Shown in pieces: positions 57,340 to 64,000 of a stretch of DNA of 64,000 nt. A program made the translations under genes and the position numbers. The DNA comes from Pelagomonas calceolata (lineage: Eukaryota). Below the pieces are notes generated by a model. It was not told the DNA's origin. It did no database searches and worked only from the letters and a program-made list of their open reading frames with translations. The stretch spans positions 1 to 64,000 of the forward strand of contig CAKKNE010000007.1 in assembly GCA_918797485.1 (NCBI GenBank), given 5' to 3'. Position 1 is the first letter of the stretch. The number at the start of each line of letters is the position of its first letter.

Positions 57340-59598
57340 ATGACAGTTAGCTCAAAAGAGCGCGAAGCTAGAAAAGTCAAAGTTCTAGTAGATCGTGATG
57401 TAGTGGATACAAGTTTTGAAAAATGGGCAAAGCCGGGACATTTCTCTCGAACTCTTGCTAAAGGCCCAAAAACAACAACTTGGATCTGGAATCTACATGC
57501 CGATGCACATGATTTTGACAGTCAAACAAATTCATTAGAAGACATTTCGCGCAAAATCTTTAGTGCACATTTTGGACAACTTGCAATAATTTTCTTCTGG
57601 GTTAGTGGTATGCATTTCCATGGTGCGTACTTCTCAAATTACTCAGCATGGTTAGCAAATCCTACTAGTGTAAAACCTAGTACTCAAGTTGTTTGGCCAG
57701 TAGTGGGTCAAGAAATTTTAAATGCTGACGTTGGAGGAAACTTCCAAGGTGTACAAGTAACTTCAGGATTCTTCCAAATTTGGAGAGCTGAAGGTATTAC
57801 AAGTGAAATCGAACTTTACTGGACAGCAATAGGCGGTTTAGTAATGTCTGGTTTAATGATCTTCGCTGGATGGTTCCATTACCATAAAGCGGCCCCTAAA
57901 TTAGAATGGTTCCAAAATGCAGAATCAATGATGAATCATCATTTATCTGTACTTTTAGGACTAGGTTCTTTATCATGGGCAGGTCATCAAATTCATATTG
58001 CATTACCAATCAATAAACTTTTAGATGCTGGTATTGCACCACAAGAAATTCCATTACCACATGAGTTTTTAATTAACCGTGAGTTAATGGCACAGCTATA
58101 CCCAAGTTTTGAAAAAGGATTAGCACCTTTCTTTGGTGGAGATTGGGGTCAGTACTCAGATTTCTTAACGTTTAAAGGCGGATTAAACCCAGTAACGGGT
58201 GGATTATGGTTAAGTGATATTGCGCACCATCATCTTGCTATTGCTGTATTATTTATTTTTGCTGGACACATGTACCGTACAAATTGGGGTATTGGTCACA
58301 GTATGAAAGAAATTTTAGAAGCCCATAAAGGACCGTTTACGGGTGAAGGGCACACAGGTCTATATGAAATCTTAACAACATCTTGGCATGCACAGTTAGC
58401 TATTAACTTAGCTATGTTAGGATCATTAACGATCATTATTGCTCATCACATGTATGCGATGCCTCCTTATCCATACTTAGCAACAGATTATGCGACACAA
58501 TTGTGTTGTTTCACACACCATATGTGGATTGGTGCATTCTGTATCGTTGGTGGCGCAGCACATGCTGGTATTTTCTTAGTTCGTGATTACAATCCAACTA
58601 ATAATTACAACAATTTATTAGATCGTGTATTACGTCATCGTGATGCAATTATCTCGCATTTAAACTGGGTATGTATCTTCTTAGGTATGCATGCTTTCGG
58701 TTTATACATTCATAACGATACAATGCGTGCGTTAGGTCGTCCACAAGATATGTTCTCTGATAAAGCAATTCAATTGCAACCAATCTTTGCGCAATGGATT
58801 CAAAATACACACACAGTAGCGCCAGGAAGCACAGCTCCAAATGCGTTAACGACTGTTAGTTACGCTTTTGGTGGGGATGTTGTTGCAATTGGAAATAAAA
58901 TTGCAATGATGCCAATCAAATTAGGAACTGCAGATTTTATGGTTCACCATATTCATGCTTTTACTATTCATGTAACAACGTTAATTTTATTAAAAGGAGT
59001 TTTATTCTCACGTAGCTCTAAGCTAATTCCGGATAAAGCAAATTTAGGTTTCCGATTCCCGTGTGATGGACCAGGACGTGGTGGTACATGTCAAGTTTCT
59101 GCTTGGGATAGCGTTTTCTTAGGCTTATTCTGGATGTACAATTGTATTTCAGTTGTTCTATTCCACTTCAGTTGGAAGATGCAATCTGACGTTTGGGGTA
59201 CAGTTGGTCCTGATGGTGCTGTTTCACATATTGTTGGTGGTAACTTCGCACAGGGCTCAATTACTATCAATGGATGGTTACGTGATTTCCTATGGTCACA
59301 AGCTTCACAAGTAATTCAATCATATGGTTCAGCATTATCAGCGTATGGTTTAATATTCTTAGGTGCACATTGGTTATGGGCATTTAGTTTAATGTTCCTA
59401 TTCAGTGGTCGTGGCTACTGGCAAGAATTGATTGAATCAATTCTATGGGCACACAATAAATTAAAGTTCGCACCAGCAATTCAACCGCGTGCATTAAGTA
59501 TTACACAAGGGCGTGCCGTTGGTATGACTCAATACTTATTAGGCGGTATTGGAACAACTTGGGCTTTCTTCCATGCTCGAATTATATCCGTTGGATAA
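57340..59598 (+). CDS. psaA: Photosystem I P700 apoprotein A1
   Basis: [14 protein letters not shown] motif; 752 aa. Confidence 0.99.
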   Translation: MTVSSKEREARKVKVLVDRDVVDTSFEKWAKPGHFSRTLAKGPKTTTWIWNLHADAHDFDSQTNSLEDISRKIFSAHFGQLAIIFFWVSGMHFHGAYFSNYSAWLANPTSVKPSTQVVWPVVGQEILNADVGGNFQGVQVTSGFFQIWRAEGITSEIELYWTAIGGLVMSGLMIFAGWFHYHKAAPKLEWFQNAESMMNHHLSVLLGLGSLSWAGHQIHIALPINKLLDAGIAPQEIPLPHEFLINRELMAQLYPSFEKGLAPFFGGDWGQYSDFLTFKGGLNPVTGGLWLSDIAHHHLAIAVLFIFAGHMYRTNWGIGHSMKEILEAHKGPFTGEGHTGLYEILTTSWHAQLAINLAMLGSLTIIIAHHMYAMPPYPYLATDYATQLCCFTHHMWIGAFCIVGGAAHAGIFLVRDYNPTNNYNNLLDRVLRHRDAIISHLNWVCIFLGMHAFGLYIHNDTMRALGRPQDMFSDKAIQLQPIFAQWIQNTHTVAPGSTAPNALTTVSYAFGGDVVAIGNKIAMMPIKLGTADFMVHHIHAFTIHVTTLILLKGVLFSRSSKLIPDKANLGFRFPCDGPGRGGTCQVSAWDSVFLGLFWMYNCISVVLFHFSWKMQSDVWGTVGPDGAVSHIVGGNFAQGSITINGWLRDFLWSQASQVIQSYGSALSAYGLIFLGAHWLWAFSLMFLFSGRGYWQELIESILWAHNKLKFAPAIQPRALSITQGRAVGMTQYLLGGIGTTWAFFHARIISVG

Positions 59599-59622
59599 TA
59601 AAAGATTAACGAGGTAAAAAAT

Positions 59623-61827
59623 ATGGCAACTAAATTTCCCAAGTTTAGTCAGTCGCTGGCTCAAGATCCAGCAACACGACGAATTTGGTATGGTATAGCA
59701 ACTGCTCATGACCTTGAAGCGCACGATAGTATGACAGAGGAAACTCTATATCAAAAAATCTTTGCGTCACATTTTGGTCATTTAGCAATTATTTTCTTAT
59801 GGACATCAGGGAACTTATTCCACGTAGCGTGGCAAGGTAATTTTGAACAATGGATTCAAAATCCCTTAAAAGTTAAACCGATTGCCCATGCGATTTGGGA
59901 TCCGCATTTTGGTGAACCAGCATTAAAAGCTTTCACAAAAGGTGGATTATCATATCCTGGAAACATCGCTTACTCAGGTGTGTACCACTGGTGGTACACA
60001 ATTGGTATGCGAACTAATCAACAATTGTATGTTGGTTCAATTTTCTTATTAGGTCTTGCTGCGTTATTATTGTACGCAGGTTGGTTACATTTACAACCAA
60101 AATTTAGACCAAGTTTATCATGGTTTAAAAATAATGAATCACGATTAAATCATCATTTATCTGGTTTATTTGGTTTTAGCTCTGTTGCATGGACGGGTCA
60201 CCTAATCCATGTAGCAATTCCTGCTTCACGTGGTGTACGTGTTGGTTGGGATAACTTCTTAACGACATTACCACACCCAGAAGGATTAAAGCCGTTCTTT
60301 AGTGGAAATTGGGGCGCATATGCCGCAAATCCAGATACTAAGGATCAAATTTTCAATACTTCAGAAGGAGCTGGTACGGCTATTTTAACGTTCGTTGGTG
60401 GATTCCACCCACAAACACAAGCAATGTGGTTAACAGACATTGCTCATCATCATTTAGCTATTGGTGTAGTCTTTATTTTTGCTGGACATATGTACCGTAC
60501 AAACTTCGGTATTGGTCATAGCATGAAAGAGATTTTAGATGCGCATCGTCCACCGGGTGGAAGATTAGGTGCGGGTCACCGTGGATTATTTGAAACAATT
60601 ACAAATTCTTTACACATGCAATTAGGTCTTGCATTAGCTTCATTAGGTGTAGCAACTTCATTAGTTGCACAACATATGTATGCATTACCTGCTTATGCTT
60701 TTATAGCGAAAGATTTTGTTACACAAGCTGCATTATATACGCATCATCAATATATCGCTGGGTTCTTAATGCTTGGTGCTTTCGCTCATGGTGCTATTTT
60801 CTTTGTTCGTGACTATGATCCAGAATTAAACAAAGATAATGTTTTAGCACGTATGTTAGAACATAAAGAAGCAATCATCTCACATTTAAGTTGGGTTAGT
60901 TTATTCTTAGGTTTCCATACATTAGGGCTTTATATCCACAATGATACAGTTGTTGCTTTTGGTCAACCAGAAAAACAAATTTTAATTGAACCTGTGTTTG
61001 CTCAATGGATTCAAGCCGCATCAGGAAAAGCTCTTTACGGTTTTAATACATTATTATCTTCAGGTGATAGCCCAGCTACGGTGGCAAGTAGTCAAGTTTG
61101 GTTACCAGGCTGGACACAAGCGATTAATAGCGGAAAGAATTCATTATTCTTAACAATCGGTCCTGGTGATTTCCTTGTACACCATGCGATCGCTTTAGCT
61201 TTACACACGACAACTTTAATTTTAGTTAAAGGTGCATTAGATGCCCGTGGATCAAAGTTAATGCCAGATAAAAAAGATTTTGGTTACAGTTTCCCGTGTG
61301 ACGGACCTGGTCGTGGTGGTACATGTGATATCTCTGCGTGGGATGCATTCTATTTAGCAACTTTCTGGATGTTAAATACTATTGGATGGGTTACATTCTA
61401 CTGGCATTGGAAGCATATTACTTTATGGCAAGGAAACGCTGCCCAGTTCAATGAGTCATCAAATTACATCATGGGTTGGTTACGTGATTACTTATGGTTA
61501 AATTCATCACCATTAATTAATGGTTATAACCCGATGGGTATGAATAATTTAGCTGTTTGGGCATGGATATTCTTATTTGCACATTTAGTATGGGCAACAG
61601 GCTTCATGTTCTTAATCTCTTGGCGTGGATACTGGCAAGAGCTAATTGAAACTCTTGTTTGGGCTCACGAGCGTACTCCATTAGCGAACTTAGTACGTTG
61701 GCGCGATAAACCAGTTGCTTTATCGATTGTACAAGCACGATTAGTCGGACTTGTTCATTTTGGTGTGGGTTACATTTTCACATATGCTGCATTTGTAATC
61801 GCTTCAACTGCTGGTAAATTTGGTTAA
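59623..61827 (+). CDS. psaB: Photosystem I P700 apoprotein A2
   Basis: [23 protein letters not shown]; 734 aa. Confidence 0.99.
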   Translation: MATKFPKFSQSLAQDPATRRIWYGIATAHDLEAHDSMTEETLYQKIFASHFGHLAIIFLWTSGNLFHVAWQGNFEQWIQNPLKVKPIAHAIWDPHFGEPALKAFTKGGLSYPGNIAYSGVYHWWYTIGMRTNQQLYVGSIFLLGLAALLLYAGWLHLQPKFRPSLSWFKNNESRLNHHLSGLFGFSSVAWTGHLIHVAIPASRGVRVGWDNFLTTLPHPEGLKPFFSGNWGAYAANPDTKDQIFNTSEGAGTAILTFVGGFHPQTQAMWLTDIAHHHLAIGVVFIFAGHMYRTNFGIGHSMKEILDAHRPPGGRLGAGHRGLFETITNSLHMQLGLALASLGVATSLVAQHMYALPAYAFIAKDFVTQAALYTHHQYIAGFLMLGAFAHGAIFFVRDYDPELNKDNVLARMLEHKEAIISHLSWVSLFLGFHTLGLYIHNDTVVAFGQPEKQILIEPVFAQWIQAASGKALYGFNTLLSSGDSPATVASSQVWLPGWTQAINSGKNSLFLTIGPGDFLVHHAIALALHTTTLILVKGALDARGSKLMPDKKDFGYSFPCDGPGRGGTCDISAWDAFYLATFWMLNTIGWVTFYWHWKHITLWQGNAAQFNESSNYIMGWLRDYLWLNSSPLINGYNPMGMNNLAVWAWIFLFAHLVWATGFMFLISWRGYWQELIETLVWAHERTPLANLVRWRDKPVALSIVQARLVGLVHFGVGYIFTYAAFVIASTAGKFG

Positions 61828-61888
61828 AATCTAAATCGACTACAAAATTAAGATTACAGATTAAAATCGGATTGTATAGTTCGAAGAG

Positions 61889-61925
61889 TATCATCATAAA
61901 GTTCCTCAGGAACTTTATGATGATA
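61889..61925 (+). terminator. 18-bp stem after psaB
   Basis: TATCATCATAAAGTTCCT-C-AGGAACTTTATGATGATA. Confidence 0.8.
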
Positions 61926-62095
61926 TTAATATTAGAAATTTTAAAAAAGAATAAAGATATTTATTTTTAACGAAACGAATTTTTCTTATTTTATAAATTT
62001 AAATCAAAGAATTGATTTTGAAATCTTGCATATTGAAAAAAGAAAACAGCTAATATACAATATGACGGTGTAATACTATATAAATATAACTATCA

Positions 62096-62398
62096 ATGGC
62101 GAAAAAAAGTATGGTCGAACGTGAAAAAAAACGTCAACGACTTATATTAAAGTATCGTGAAAAGCGTCGAAATTTATTAAATGCAATCAAAACAAGCGAC
62201 TCTTTCTCAGAAACATTACAATTACAAAAAAAATTACAAAAACTTCCATTAAACAGTGCACCAAATCGATTACGAAACCGATGCTGGAAAACTGGGCGAC
62301 CACGAGCAGTTTATCGTGACTTTGGTTTATCAAGACATGTTTTACGTGAAATGGCACATGATGGCCTTTTACCTGGCGTGATTAAATCAAGTTGGTAA
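62096..62398 (+). CDS. rps14: Ribosomal protein S14
   Basis: MAKKSM.ERE, RC..TGRPR, LPGV.KSSW. Confidence 0.98.
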   Translation: MAKKSMVEREKKRQRLILKYREKRRNLLNAIKTSDSFSETLQLQKKLQKLPLNSAPNRLRNRCWKTGRPRAVYRDFGLSRHVLREMAHDGLLPGVIKSSW

Positions 62399-62433
62399 CA
62401 AAGAGAGAATAAAAACACTCTCTTTGCACATTT

Positions 62434-62553
62434 TTAAATTAAAGATTGAGTATCTTGACCACGACGATATTGTAAATATGCTGCAACAAATAAACCAGCA
62501 AGACTTACAGCCATCATACCCATAACGATACCAAATAAAAGTGGTTCAACCAT
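62434..62553 (-). CDS. petG: Cytochrome b6f subunit V
   Basis: Manual translation [39 protein letters not shown]. Confidence 0.95.
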   Translation of the reverse strand: MVEPLLFGIVMGMMAVSLAGLFVAAYLQYRRGQDTQSLI

Positions 62554-62700
62554 AATATATATTAAGATTAATCGTAGCTATAAAATTAATTATAATCTCA
62601 AAAACCCGCGACATCAATAATTAATTGGTCTCGTGATCATTTAAAGTTTCTAGAAAAACGTATAAAAAATAATTATTATACATATAAGTTATGGGGTGGG

Positions 62701-62728
62701 TTGCGAAAATCTTTTCCAATGTTATAAT
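62701..62728 (+). promoter_or_regulatory. rbcL promoter
   Basis: TTGCGA-16 nt-TATAAT with TG extension; SD AGGAGGA precedes the ATG. Confidence 0.6.
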
Positions 62729-62848
62729 AAATTTAAGGTTATAGAAATAACAAGTTTATATACTTTTGTTATTTTAATAATTGTTAAAGCTTCTTTTAGA
62801 ATTTAGAAAGAAAATAATATTGCCGTAAACCTTATAGGAGGAATATAA

Positions 62849-64000
<1,152 letters not shown>

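Overview
64 kb of a compact, AT-rich, intron-free plastid genome of a red-lineage alga, most likely an ochrophyte (stramenopile). Support: form-ID rbcL, psbV, ycf33/35/37/45, ilvB, sufB, no phycobiliprotein genes in the window, and a canonical cyanobacterial-type Zn-ribbon rpl36 rather than the haptophyte/cryptophyte xenolog. A pelagophyte/dictyochophyte-like affinity is only a guess. Order: psbA, one rRNA operon (16S-trnI-trnA-23S-5S), trnG, ycf4, psaL, SRP RNA (ffs), tRNAs and small genes, rpoB-C1-C2-rps2-atpIHGFDA, rps16, head-to-head groEL/dnaK, psaD, sufB, psbD/C, psaJ, the large ribosomal-protein cluster (lacking rpl4, rpl29, rpl18), psbB-T-N-H, ycf19, psbX, psbV, ycf33, ilvB, psbEFLJ, ycf45, psaA/B, rps14, petG and the 5' part of rbcL. 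Most of the window is ordinary plastid housekeeping DNA and I found no intact novel multi-gene system. Best leads: (1) a scrambled region between 5S rRNA and ycf4 with a 42-bp direct repeat of the ycf4 3' end flanking about 630 bp of decayed coding-like DNA, plus a diverged rpl16 fragment abutting trnG; (2) a roughly 105-nt structured RNA starting at a promoter upstream of rpoB; (3) substitutions at cofactor-binding sites in PSI/PSII (PsaA His734-equivalent to Gln, D2 Met246-equivalent to Phe); (4) a short, green-type D1 C-terminal extension; (5) an ATA-initiated, divergent dnaK. All analysis was by eye and no database searches were run.
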